DNA of 64,000 bases from Bacteroidia bacterium (GCA_026391315.1 JAPLDT010000088.1:6222-70221), one strand, 5' to 3'; positions 1 to 9,811 are shown, numbered from the stretch's first letter. Notes: generated from the letters alone by a model not told the origin. Numbers and translations are program-made.

Positions 1-385
1 TGCCAGAAGTAACTTTTTGTCGGTTTTGATTATAAATGTCTGTTTGCAGTTCGATCATGCGTGAACGCTCATCTTTATGAATAATTTCTGCCCTAACGGA
101 TAAAGTATCTCCAATCCTAACAGGTAAATGGAATTCAAGATTTTGTGCGAACCATAATGCGCCATCACCAGGTAGTTTAGTGCCAATTATTGTTGAAATA
201 AATGAAGCCCCTAGCATTCCGTGAACAACCGGCTTTTTAAAGCTCGTCTTTGCAGCAAAATTAGGATCTGTGTGAAGAAGATTGTCATCTCCTGTCAGTT
301 CTACAAAATGACGAAGATCATCTTCCGTAATAGTATGCTTAAGTTGGGCTGTAAGACCCATTTTTAACTCGTCGAATTTATACAT
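1..385 (-). CDS. MaoC-like (R)-specific enoyl-CoA hydratase/dehydratase domain protein; C-terminus cut by the window edge
   Basis: Own minus-strand translation from the ATG at 383-385 gives MYKFDELKMGLTAQLKHTITEDDLRHFVELTGDDNLLHTDPNFAAKTSFKKPVVHGMLGASFISTIIGTKLPGDGALWFAQNLEFHLPVRIGDTL. This looks like a hot-dog fold MaoC pattern. It is absent from the ORF track because it runs off the window. It has an 8-nt overlap with the stop of the upstream gene. Confidence 0.7.
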   Translation of the reverse strand, partial: MYKFDELKMGLTAQLKHTITEDDLRHFVELTGDDNLLHTDPNFAAKTSFKKPVVHGMLGASFISTIIGTKLPGDGALWFAQNLEFHLPVRIGDTLSVRAEIIHKDERSRMIELQTDIYNQNRQKVTSG

Positions 386-989
386 TATTTATTTCAGATT
401 TGTAAGTTGCCAATTTAATTCTATTTCCAATAACGCGTGCAGGATTTCCTGCAACAATCGAGAATTCTGGAATTATGGAGGAGACAACCGACCCGGCACT
501 TATTACTGAACCTTTGCCAATATGCGTACCTGAGAGTAATATACAAGAAGCACCAATCCACACGTTATCTTCAATTACCACGCTGTATTGTTCATCTAAA
601 TAAGTGATAGATTTAGCAGAATGTCCTTGATTTAAAATTGGCAGATCAATTTTTTCAGTGTTGTGATTGGCAGATCTTATATAAGACGATCGGGCAATGC
701 CAACATAATCTCCAATATAACAGCCATATGATTCGGCAATTTCAAGTATAGACCCATCTCCTAAAATAAATTCCTTGCCAACATGAAGTTTGTCATTACA
801 GATTATGTTTGATTTACACCCAAAATAATGTGCATTATGGATGCCATATTGTCTACTCCAATAGGCAATCCTAATTTTATTCCCAATATATGAATTAGGG
901 TACCCAATTATCAAAGCCTTGAAAATGGCTGAAAATTCTGATATAAAAATTGAGAATACCTTTCTAATATTTCTTAAAATTGGCTTCAA
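378..989 (-). CDS. Hexapeptide-repeat (left-handed beta-helix) acetyltransferase
   Basis: 203 aa. The C-terminal stretch VWIGASCILLSGTHIGKGSVISAGSVVSSIIPEFSIVAGNPARVIG is typical of LbH sugar O/N-acetyltransferases. Confidence 0.8.
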   Translation of the reverse strand: MKPILRNIRKVFSIFISEFSAIFKALIIGYPNSYIGNKIRIAYWSRQYGIHNAHYFGCKSNIICNDKLHVGKEFILGDGSILEIAESYGCYIGDYVGIARSSYIRSANHNTEKIDLPILNQGHSAKSITYLDEQYSVVIEDNVWIGASCILLSGTHIGKGSVISAGSVVSSIIPEFSIVAGNPARVIGNRIKLATYKSEINNV

Positions 990-1090
990 ATTCTTTGATA
1001 TTTCACTTGATTCTAAAAGATTAATGATAATACTTACAACTCAAGCATTAATTCATGAAGGTCACATTTTTATTTTCGTATTAAAATTTT

Positions 1091-2074
1091 TCATAAATCT
1101 TGACGTTGTACTTCATATTCTGAAGGAGGTACAATACTCTGCAATGGTTTGCCTGTAAGAAAGCGAACGGCCTCTTCTGTGGCTTCAATTTCCATCCTGG
1201 ATCTGCAATCAATAGACATTGAACCCATGTGAGAAGTGAGGATACAACGTTCAATCTTGTTTAGTTCACCGTCATAAGGTTCCTGTTCGAAAACATCAAT
1301 TGCTGCACCAGAAAGATGGCCTGAATTTAACACTTCTGCAAGATCTTTCTCATTGATGATCCCGCCCCTTGATGCATTTATAATCATTGCATCAGACTTC
1401 ATCATCAGTAATTGTTCACGACGGATCATATTCTTAGTCAGAGGAGTTAATGGTATATGTAGGCTAATAATATCTGCTTTATGATAAATTTCGTCCTTGC
1501 CCACCCATTCGAGTTTTAGTTCGGGTACAAGTTTGGGATTTGGTAGTATATCATTGACCAATACTCTTGGAGTGCCAAAGCCAGCCAAACGTGATAATAC
1601 ACGTCGCCCAATACGTCCCACACCGATAATCCCAATTGTTACTTCTGGAATTCGTCGACCAAAATGGCGTTGCCATTCTCCACGATGAAGTTGTGCATTG
1701 GACACATGGATATTCCGCAGTAGGCTTAACATGAGTCCAATTGTGAGTTCTGTAACTGCAGGAGCGGGTGCTTCAGGCGTATAACAGACTTGAATACCGC
1801 GTCGCTCGGCTGCCAATAAATCCACGCCATCAAGACCTACTCCTACACGTGAAATAAGTTTAAGCTTGTTAGCACGGCTCATAACTTTGTCGGTGATCAG
1901 CTCAGTCCCTGCAATCAAAACATCGAAATCTGTTATCATTTCTGCAAGTTCATCTTCCTTAAGCTTACGGCCGATCGGATTGATCAGGTATTCGATACCT
2001 GCGGCTTCAAGCAATTCGATCGGAAGGTGGTTTTTGTCACCGAATGGAACGGTCGTAATTAGGACTTTGTACAT
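1091..2074 (-). CDS. D-isomer-specific 2-hydroxyacid dehydrogenase family (phosphoglycerate dehydrogenase-like)
   Basis: 327 aa. NAD-binding motif GIIGVGRIGRRV. It also has the catalytic-domain layout ASRGGIINE...AAIDVFEQEP...TSHMG. Confidence 0.8.
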   Translation of the reverse strand: MYKVLITTVPFGDKNHLPIELLEAAGIEYLINPIGRKLKEDELAEMITDFDVLIAGTELITDKVMSRANKLKLISRVGVGLDGVDLLAAERRGIQVCYTPEAPAPAVTELTIGLMLSLLRNIHVSNAQLHRGEWQRHFGRRIPEVTIGIIGVGRIGRRVLSRLAGFGTPRVLVNDILPNPKLVPELKLEWVGKDEIYHKADIISLHIPLTPLTKNMIRREQLLMMKSDAMIINASRGGIINEKDLAEVLNSGHLSGAAIDVFEQEPYDGELNKIERCILTSHMGSMSIDCRSRMEIEATEEAVRFLTGKPLQSIVPPSEYEVQRQDL

Positions 2075-2080
2075 AGCGTT

Positions 2081-3877
2081 TTAATTATTTTGATGAAGTG
2101 ATTTTGTAGTAGTTAAGATATTTTTCAACAACTCAACTGGATTCTTCACTGTACGGGCGAATCGGTTACAGAAACAATCCCGTACTTCTTGAATGTTGGG
2201 CTGATTCCACCAGCTGGGTACATCATCCCAAATTGCGGCTACTTTGGCAGCTGCAGATTCGGGAGTTTCATGGAAGATGCCAACTTCTTTAAGCCGATTG
2301 AAATAGGGAATGGCTTCATCACGAAGTTCCCAATATTCAGGATTCCAGAATATTATTGTTGGAATATTCAAGGATAGGGACTCAAGAAATGTTGTGGCGT
2401 TGTAAGAGGAAATATAGAGTCGGGAGTGTTTGAGGAGGGACGACATTGATGTTTCACCATTATCTAACCTCACATTTGGAAAGCGGTCATTCCATCTTTC
2501 TTTTTGATTCCAACCCAAATCTTGGCTGTATAAACGAACTAATAAGCTATAACGTAATTTAGAGGGTAATGCAGCGGTAAAACGGCATTGGTCTTCAAAA
2601 TAGCTTAGCCATTGGGACGAAATAGGTTCTGCAGATAATTTATAGCTTTGTCGAGGATATACAACAGTAACTAGCAGCAAATCTTTGCCCACCGACTTTT
2701 TCTTCCTAACAAGCGTTGGATTTTTCATATTAAAGGTTGGTTGTACATTTAGATCCCGAATTTTATCCCATCCCCAGGTTAGGTATTTATCTGATATTTT
2801 AATTTCATGATCTTCATTAACTACAAATTTCGATATACCATATCCACCTCCGTGTTGCCCAATTACAAGGGGCATACCTTCTTCTACTTTAGTGGCCGCC
2901 CATGCTTTGAAAATATCACTGCCAATATGTGAGTTGGATGTAAAACAGAAGCTTGGATTCTTAGGCCATTTGAGGTTTTTGCATTGTTCGCTTAGCTTCT
3001 TATATCCCTCAAGATACGAAGTTGGAATATTGGCAGGTATCATTTTTCTTGAAATTTCGTCAAATTTAGTACTGTTCTTATCTGAAAGAGTCCACTTTCG
3101 AAGAGAAGGATTCGGAATCTCTTGCGGTGTTTGCGTTGAATGCCAATGCTTTGGGAATTGACCTAGCTTTAACTGCAATAAAAAGTCCTGCTGAGTTGGG
3201 AGATAAGAAGAGATAATAAGCGCCTCATTATCGCTGACAATTTTTTGCGAAATCCAAGCTGAAGTTTTTATTAAACCATTTTGAAGCTGTTTTCGAAAAG
3301 TCATTCCATTGGCAATGTACTTTGATGTTGTAACCAATGAATCACTGTTTTTCAGGTTTTTATAGGGTACTTCTTCAATTGATATATCTGTAAAACTCTT
3401 TAACAATTGTCCGTAAATTGATTCGTTCCAAATATCATTGGCAAATAACAGGGGGAATTGGTCCATATCATTTGGGATATACTGTTGTGGTGTTGTTTGA
3501 AGAATATTTACACCATTAATTTCAAATCGCTGAATTGCCAAATCTATCATAGACCAACGATCAAACAACATTTGGACAAAGTATCCAAGCCAGGGGCCTA
3601 TCAAAATACGCCAATAGCGAATGGAATGATTGACATTATGAATTTTGTTAAGTTTTTCCGTCAATTCCAGTATCAATTCTTCATATAGTTCTTGCAAGTA
3701 TTTATAGTCATTAAAAAGCTTCTTGCGATCATTCCAATGATATGGCATCATCTCGGAGTCTAGATTTTCCCAAACAGCTTTGCGGTTGTAAAGCTTGCAC
3801 CATTCACCTAAAAAAAGTACAGGGCGGTCAGATTTCCATGTTTCTTCAAGTGCAGTTGTTATTAGGAATCGGTTCAA
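2081..3877 (-). CDS. Putative transferase, LIC12162-like family (family name recalled, not verified)
   Basis: 598 aa, no TM segments. The N-terminus FLITTALEETWKSDRPVLFLGEWC matches my recollection of the LIC12162 (TIGR04331) family found beside sialic-acid genes in Leptospira O-antigen loci. It lies adjacent to the CBS-neuC-neuB-neuA genes. Confidence 0.45.
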   Translation of the reverse strand: MNRFLITTALEETWKSDRPVLFLGEWCKLYNRKAVWENLDSEMMPYHWNDRKKLFNDYKYLQELYEELILELTEKLNKIHNVNHSIRYWRILIGPWLGYFVQMLFDRWSMIDLAIQRFEINGVNILQTTPQQYIPNDMDQFPLLFANDIWNESIYGQLLKSFTDISIEEVPYKNLKNSDSLVTTSKYIANGMTFRKQLQNGLIKTSAWISQKIVSDNEALIISSYLPTQQDFLLQLKLGQFPKHWHSTQTPQEIPNPSLRKWTLSDKNSTKFDEISRKMIPANIPTSYLEGYKKLSEQCKNLKWPKNPSFCFTSNSHIGSDIFKAWAATKVEEGMPLVIGQHGGGYGISKFVVNEDHEIKISDKYLTWGWDKIRDLNVQPTFNMKNPTLVRKKKSVGKDLLLVTVVYPRQSYKLSAEPISSQWLSYFEDQCRFTAALPSKLRYSLLVRLYSQDLGWNQKERWNDRFPNVRLDNGETSMSSLLKHSRLYISSYNATTFLESLSLNIPTIIFWNPEYWELRDEAIPYFNRLKEVGIFHETPESAAAKVAAIWDDVPSWWNQPNIQEVRDCFCNRFARTVKNPVELLKNILTTTKSLHQNN

Positions 3878-4014
3878 AATTGGTCTATTTTTAAATTTTC
3901 AATCTATTTCAAGGATACTACTATGTACATTAAATAACTATATCAATATCCTTGAACTCTCAATTTGTATGTATTCATGGATTAAATAGTGCTTTGATAT
4001 CTAATATTTTTTAC

Positions 4015-4365
4015 CTATAAGTTAAATTTTTCACTCATGTATTTCACAATATTTATCACATCCGATAATTCGTTATTTTCATTTAAAACAGGAACTAAAG
4101 TTATACCTTGTTTAAAGTAAAGCATTAGTTTATTATCATCAAATTGCATTAGATATTTATAACCTGGATTTATGATGTTTTTTACTGGTGATTTAATATT
4201 AGTCCCTTTTAGTAGGGCCCGAAGAATATCGCCTTCACTTAATACCCCTACGACTCGTTTATTGTTGTTAGTTACGACAACACAACGAGAGGCATTTAAT
4301 TCTATCATTTCGATTGCGTGCTCAATTAATTGAGTATCCAATATAATATATTTAGCAAGTTCCAT
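4015..4365 (-). CDS. CBS-pair domain protein
   Basis: 116 aa. Two CBS-like halves are visible (VVVTNNNKRVVGVLSEGDILRAL and LVPVLNENNELSDVINIVKYM). The stop is 4 nt from the neuC-like start. Confidence 0.65.
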   Translation of the reverse strand: MELAKYIILDTQLIEHAIEMIELNASRCVVVTNNNKRVVGVLSEGDILRALLKGTNIKSPVKNIINPGYKYLMQFDDNKLMLYFKQGITLVPVLNENNELSDVINIVKYMSEKFNL

Positions 4366-4368
4366 AAT

Positions 4369-5523
4369 TTAGTATGTAATATCTTTAACAATGAGTTGGT
4401 TATCAATTTCCGTATTTGTTAAAATATTTAGAATCCTTTCTGAAGATTTCCCATCACCATAGGGATTTACACAATTGGCATCAACAAAGTTCTTAAATTC
4501 TGGACTCAACGCTTTTTGTAATGAACTTAAAATATGTTTTTCGTTAAAATCAGCATTAATTATATTAATTCCCTGTTCTCTTCCAAGTTGTCGGCGTCCA
4601 AGATTAATTGCGGGAGTTTTAAAAGTAGGTGCTTCTAATAATCCTGAACTAGAATTTCCAACTAATACCTTAGCATATTTTAAGAAACCTAAGTAGTCTT
4701 GCCGTTTAATATTTGAAAACATATAATGTTCTCCGGTTAAGAATTTCTCGATACCTTCTCTCACTTTTACCGAACCTGCATCATTGTTTGGAAGTATGAC
4801 AATCTTAGGTAGTGATATTTTATTCACTGCTTTCATTGTTTCTTCGATCTGCTTGTCGGCGATGTCGAATTCTTCTGTTACAGGATGTTGAACAATCATC
4901 ATGAAATCTCGGTTCAAATCAAAATTAAACCGTTCTTTGATCTCTTCTTTTGAGGTATAATAGCCGGACACTAACTCATCCAGTTGAGGTGCACCTACAT
5001 TAAATACACGGAATTCTTCCTCTCCTAATTTTAGCAAGCGTTTTCTTGCATCTTCATTCGATGCGATATGAATATGAGCAAATTTCCCGATGGCATGACG
5101 AGCCATTCCATCGATGTTGCCAGACCGTTCACCTGCCTGAATATGCATGACAGGAATATATGCATATCCTCCGGCAATGGCCCCCATTAATTGTTCCCCT
5201 CTGTCTCCAGCCAGTACAATCCAGTCAGGTTTGTCGCTTGCCAAAATATCTGCAAATGATGAGAGGAAGATCCCTAACGATTTAATTTGAGTAAAATGGT
5301 TATAACCATCAATTGACATATTAATTTTGTAATCTACCTTAAATCCATCGTTCTCAATTTCTTTAATAGATTCTCCAAAGGATGGGAGTAGGTGCATATT
5401 TGTGACACATAAACAGTATGTAAACTCCTCACTGGATTCAATAAGCCTTAATAAGGGTCTTATGTAGCCCCATTCACCCCTTGATCCGGTTAGAAAGAGT
5501 AACTTTCTTTTTTTTCCATGCAT
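4369..5523 (-). CDS. neuC: UDP-N-acetylglucosamine 2-epimerase (hydrolysing), NeuC/LegG type
   Basis: 384 aa. The N-terminal LFLTGSRGEWGYIRPLL and the GDRGEQL and NSSSGLLEAP motifs are typical of hydrolysing 2-epimerases. It lies immediately upstream of neuB. Confidence 0.85.
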   Translation of the reverse strand: MHGKKRKLLFLTGSRGEWGYIRPLLRLIESSEEFTYCLCVTNMHLLPSFGESIKEIENDGFKVDYKINMSIDGYNHFTQIKSLGIFLSSFADILASDKPDWIVLAGDRGEQLMGAIAGGYAYIPVMHIQAGERSGNIDGMARHAIGKFAHIHIASNEDARKRLLKLGEEEFRVFNVGAPQLDELVSGYYTSKEEIKERFNFDLNRDFMMIVQHPVTEEFDIADKQIEETMKAVNKISLPKIVILPNNDAGSVKVREGIEKFLTGEHYMFSNIKRQDYLGFLKYAKVLVGNSSSGLLEAPTFKTPAINLGRRQLGREQGINIINADFNEKHILSSLQKALSPEFKNFVDANCVNPYGDGKSSERILNILTNTEIDNQLIVKDITY

Positions 5524-5526
5524 AAT

Positions 5527-6552
5527 TTATTCAAAATCACTCCAAGTTAATAATATATTTTTTCCAATGTCTTTTTTTGCCTTTTTCCCGAGTACCTCAT
5601 CCATTCTATGCGATGGAATGCCAGTTCCAGGTCGTTTTGTCCAGATCATTTTTTCGGAGATTATCTCACCTTTTTTAATTTCTTCTACACTAACAATACT
5701 CCTGAAAGCCCACTCCCTAATCTGTACTTCCCTCTGGTGAATCTTTTTTTCATTACCCATGGCAGCTTCTATTTTACGAATACCATCACACAGTAAATGA
5801 AGTTCTTGAAAATCAATAGATACACTTTGATCTGGACCCGGTGTGCGCTTATCTAATATTACATGTTTCTCTATTATAGCTGGCCGAAGTACTGTTGCTG
5901 CCAAACATGTATATATGTCTGGTGTATGATCTGAATGACCAATGATTGCTTTAGGAAAGCGAGTTTTCATTTCGGAAATAACTCCAAAATTAACATCCTC
6001 ATATTTGGGTGGGTACTCAGAAACGCAATTTGTCATTGCTAATTTAACTCCATAATCGGTTAATGCTTTATAGGTACGATAAATTTCCTCATAACTACAC
6101 ATCCCCGTAGAAACAATCATCGGATTTCCAAGATCGGCTATCTTTAGTAAGGAAGGCACATCTGTCATTTCTCCTGACCCAATTTTAAAAATATCTAGCC
6201 CAATTGATTTTAGTTCAACTGCCGCCTTATAACTAAATGGTGTGCACATGTACTTAATTCCAATTTCATTGCAGAATACCATCAGTTCCATGTGATTTTC
6301 AAGACTTAATGCATTCTTAACGAGAAAATCATATAAAGGTGTTTCAAAATTATCACTTTTAGGAACATCTTGAAGCATCTCTTCATAAGGCAAGTGATGT
6401 TGAAATTTTATGGCACTCGCGCCAGCTAATTTAGCTTGGACACACATTTCTCTAGCATCGTCCATATTCCCCATATGGTTATCACCTGCTTCTGCAATGA
6501 TAAACACAGGATGATTGGATCCAATTTTTACTTTATCTACTAAGATTTCCAT
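5527..6552 (-). CDS. neuB: N-acylneuraminate (nonulosonate) synthase with C-terminal SAF domain
   Basis: 341 aa. It shows FIIAEAGDNHMGNMDDAREM, AGASAIKFQ and a C-terminal SAF-like RSIVSVEEIKKGEIISEKMIWTKRPGTGIP. Confidence 0.9.
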   Translation of the reverse strand: MEILVDKVKIGSNHPVFIIAEAGDNHMGNMDDAREMCVQAKLAGASAIKFQHHLPYEEMLQDVPKSDNFETPLYDFLVKNALSLENHMELMVFCNEIGIKYMCTPFSYKAAVELKSIGLDIFKIGSGEMTDVPSLLKIADLGNPMIVSTGMCSYEEIYRTYKALTDYGVKLAMTNCVSEYPPKYEDVNFGVISEMKTRFPKAIIGHSDHTPDIYTCLAATVLRPAIIEKHVILDKRTPGPDQSVSIDFQELHLLCDGIRKIEAAMGNEKKIHQREVQIREWAFRSIVSVEEIKKGEIISEKMIWTKRPGTGIPSHRMDEVLGKKAKKDIGKNILLTWSDFE

Positions 6553-6582
6553 ATCAAATTATTAAATATGAATACATTAAAT

Positions 6583-7260
6583 TTATAAATCAATTATGCA
6601 GTTAGCTAATTTTAAATCAAATTCAGTATCTATATCGATAACAGATTTTTCATTCATAATAAGCAAAGCCGAATATTTGTCGTAAAATATCTGTTTTTCT
6701 TTGAAAAATTTAACAGAACAACCATAAAATCCTCCAGAGTTAAAATAAACGGGGGGGAAAGACTGACGTGGTTTTGACATAAATTCTGGCATTAGATAAT
6801 TAAGTAAACCAGATTCATCACGGATAAGATAGTCAGCTGGATGATGCATAACCTTTGTTACACCTAAAACTGATTCACTCCCTGATTTCAAAAGATCGAC
6901 TCCTTGTCTCATCTCATTTATAGTTCTGAATGGCGCAGTAGGTTGTAACAGTACAAAATGAGTTAATGCAAATTCAGTTTTAGCCAGATAGTCTAAAACA
7001 TGATTAACAACTTCAACCTGAGAAACATTGTCGCCACATAAATGCTCAGGTCTTTTGAATGGGACTTCAATTTTCGAATATTTTTGACTCAATTCTATGG
7101 CACTTTCAAGATCAGTGCTCAAAATTATTTTATCGAAAACTTCTGATTTAGATGCTATTTCAAAAGTATGTTGGATTAATGGCAAACCACCTAAATTGAG
7201 CATGTTTTTACCAGGTAATCCTTTAGAATTAGCCCTAGCAGTAATAATAGCAACAACCAT
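6583..7260 (-). CDS. neuA: Acylneuraminate cytidylyltransferase (CMP-nonulosonate synthetase)
   Basis: 225 aa. The N-terminus VAIITARANSKGLPGKNMLNLGGLPLI is the CMP-NeuAc/KDO synthetase signature. Confidence 0.85.
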   Translation of the reverse strand: MVVAIITARANSKGLPGKNMLNLGGLPLIQHTFEIASKSEVFDKIILSTDLESAIELSQKYSKIEVPFKRPEHLCGDNVSQVEVVNHVLDYLAKTEFALTHFVLLQPTAPFRTINEMRQGVDLLKSGSESVLGVTKVMHHPADYLIRDESGLLNYLMPEFMSKPRQSFPPVYFNSGGFYGCSVKFFKEKQIFYDKYSALLIMNEKSVIDIDTEFDLKLANCIIDL

Positions 7261-8426
7261 TATATTGTTTGCATTAATAGATTGATTGTGTCTAATTGTT
7301 TATTTAATTCTGGCTGGGTTGTATTGACGTAGATAGGAATAGCAATAGAGCGATTGAGCAATTTGGCCGTTCTATGCCATTGAGTTTTCCAATTATCTCT
7401 ATATGCCTTTACATTTGTGAACATATGATTCCATGTTCCTGCAAAATGCCAGTCAATTGCATCTGGTATGTTCTTTGTTGAATATCCTGCAGTTTTGTAT
7501 CCATTTAAGAATTTTTCTGCAAATTTGGCCTGTTCAAAATTAAAAATAAGTGTATCACCCAGATCACCAATTTCGTCAGTGATTTTTCTGTACGAAATTT
7601 TATTTTTGTCAATATTCTGTTTTAAGAATGACTTATGTTCCTTACTTTTTTTTACAATAAAATCAAGTCTCTTTAGTTGTGCAATACCTACTCCACCTTG
7701 CATTTCAGTCATTCGATAATTCATCCCTGCTATACTCCTGGTATCTCTTCCTCTCGGAAATGCAGGATTACTTTCGTGGCCGTGATCATGATATTCCTTC
7801 GCATATTTATAGATTGACTGATTACCTGTAACAATCAGGCCGCCTTCACCGGTTGTAATTGTTTTTGCAAAATCAAGACTAAAGATACCTGCATCACCTA
7901 TTGTCCCAACATATTTCCCGTTATAGGTCGCTCCTAAAGCCTCACATCCATCTTCCAGTACGGGAATTTTATACTTGTTTGCTATTCCCATAATTTCATT
8001 CATTGATGCCGGATTTCCCAACATGTGAACCGGTACAATTAGTTTCGTATTAGCCGTGATAGCATTTTCAAATTCCAACGGATCCATATTGTATGTGTCA
8101 TCTACATTAACAATTACAGGAATAGCTCCAATGGCAAGAATTGATTCAACGGTTGCGACGAAAGTATGCGCTTGAGTTATAACTTCATCTCCAGCCTTAA
8201 CACCCATTGCTAGCATAGCAACCAATTGAGCAACTGTACCAGATGTTACTGCCTGAGTATATTGGCAATTGAATTTCCGAGAAAATTCATTTTCAAATTC
8301 TCTTACTCTATAGCGGCCATTACGCAAATTATCAAAACCATGTGGGAATAATACTCCATTACTAGTTTCGAAAATATCAATCAATTGTTCTTTCTCTTCT
8401 TTCCCAATTAATTCGTATCCAGGCAT
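7260..8426 (-). CDS. DegT/DnrJ/EryC1/StrS-family PLP aminotransferase
   Basis: 388 aa. The PLP-lysine region is SLDFAKTITTGEGG. It also has GDEVITQAHTFVATV. The stop shares 1 nt with the neuA start. Confidence 0.85.
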   Translation of the reverse strand: MPGYELIGKEEKEQLIDIFETSNGVLFPHGFDNLRNGRYRVREFENEFSRKFNCQYTQAVTSGTVAQLVAMLAMGVKAGDEVITQAHTFVATVESILAIGAIPVIVNVDDTYNMDPLEFENAITANTKLIVPVHMLGNPASMNEIMGIANKYKIPVLEDGCEALGATYNGKYVGTIGDAGIFSLDFAKTITTGEGGLIVTGNQSIYKYAKEYHDHGHESNPAFPRGRDTRSIAGMNYRMTEMQGGVGIAQLKRLDFIVKKSKEHKSFLKQNIDKNKISYRKITDEIGDLGDTLIFNFEQAKFAEKFLNGYKTAGYSTKNIPDAIDWHFAGTWNHMFTNVKAYRDNWKTQWHRTAKLLNRSIAIPIYVNTTQPELNKQLDTINLLMQTI

Positions 8427-8430
8427 AATT

Positions 8431-9483
8431 TTACATTTTTTTGATTAATTCAATAACTTTTTCTTTCGTAAAAATTGATCTCCAGTTTTTCCCGAAAGCA
8501 TTTTCTAAAGGCCTCTCATTCTTTAATGTGGCATCGGCGATTCTATTTATTTGTTCTAATGAAATTTCGGGTGTAATTATTTTGGGAAGTCTTACATTAT
8601 ATTTTTCCAAAATTTCTTTAAATTTAGATACTTCAGGATAATATTCTGCTAATTGATTAAAAGCTATGCATATTGAAAATCCATGATGTAGGTTCAAGAC
8701 TAAACTTAATCCATAAGATAATGGGTGGCATATCCCAACATTTGAATTTGCAATTGCTATACCTCCCATTGCAGAAGCGACCTGCAATTTTTCTAAATTC
8801 ATTTCCCCAAGAAATATTTCTTCCATCATATTCAAGGACTTTTCGGCAAAAGCAATTGTCATTTCGTCATTTTGACTTCCTCTTAGCGATTCAACATTGT
8901 GCACATAGCAATCCATCGCAGTATATATAAATTGTTCATTGGGAACAGTTGTTAATAGGTCAGGATCAAGAATGACCTGATCGTAAACGCTGTGATCAGA
9001 ATTTATTCCTAATTTTTTTGTCTTACTTGTCATTACGGCTGTCCTTGTAAACTCCGCTCCAGTACCTGCAATTGTGGGTATTCCGATTTTATAAATAGGT
9101 GCATTTTTGACTAAATCCCACCCCTGATAATCCTCGGCACTACCAGGATTTGTTAATAATATAGAAATAGCTTTTGCAATATCTAAGGTACTCCCACCTC
9201 CGATACCAATTATGACGGAGGGTCGAATCGCTTTTATTTTCAGAGTTTCAATTATTCCATCAATATACTCTGAATGGGGTTCATTTGTAGTATCAACAAA
9301 TATTACCGTGTCATTTTCTAATATTGGTAATTTGTTTGTAAGAGAAATGCTTTTAAAAAAATGATCAATTAAAAAAACAACATAAGAATTACTATTTTCT
9401 CTCTTGAAGGAGAGTAGTAATTCTAATTCATTTATAGAGCCAGAGCCAATAATGTAGTATTGAACAAGTTTTGAGTTTTTCAT
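8431..9483 (-). CDS. Iron-containing alcohol dehydrogenase family protein (KdnB-like candidate)
   Basis: 350 aa. It has the Fe-ADH nucleotide/metal motifs GIGGGSTLDIAKA, DCYVHNVE and HPLSYGLSLVLNLHHG. It is paired with the downstream aminotransferase. Confidence 0.75.
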   Translation of the reverse strand: MKNSKLVQYYIIGSGSINELELLLSFKRENSNSYVVFLIDHFFKSISLTNKLPILENDTVIFVDTTNEPHSEYIDGIIETLKIKAIRPSVIIGIGGGSTLDIAKAISILLTNPGSAEDYQGWDLVKNAPIYKIGIPTIAGTGAEFTRTAVMTSKTKKLGINSDHSVYDQVILDPDLLTTVPNEQFIYTAMDCYVHNVESLRGSQNDEMTIAFAEKSLNMMEEIFLGEMNLEKLQVASAMGGIAIANSNVGICHPLSYGLSLVLNLHHGFSICIAFNQLAEYYPEVSKFKEILEKYNVRLPKIITPEISLEQINRIADATLKNERPLENAFGKNWRSIFTKEKVIELIKKM

Positions 9484-9811
9484 ATTTATTGATTTCTAAT
9501 GTTATGGATATTTGATGAAATATTTTTTAGTCTGACAATTCCACTATCAAACTGGTGGTTAAGTTTAATTGTCAATTAATTTACAAATTTAATGGGTTCT
9601 GAATTCTTCATTATAATTCTAAATTGTTTATGCGGATAGTCTATTACTGTAGTTGAAATCTAATCATAAACTATTCCTGACAAACACAACCTCATCGGTT
9701 ATAGGATCAACTTCTATAATCATGCAACTAATCTTTCCCGTTAATTGTAAAGATGAATGTAGGGAGGCTATACACATAACTATTACTCGAAATCCTTTAT
9801 GCCAAGAGTCC

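Noticed and set aside
9484-9811. 328-nt AT-rich non-coding gap between wzx and the Fe-ADH gene, as a possible gene remnant or internal promoter
   Set aside because: No frame gives more than a short stop-interrupted stretch. There are no repeats, hairpins or clear -33/-7 boxes. A BLASTX search would be needed to call a relic.
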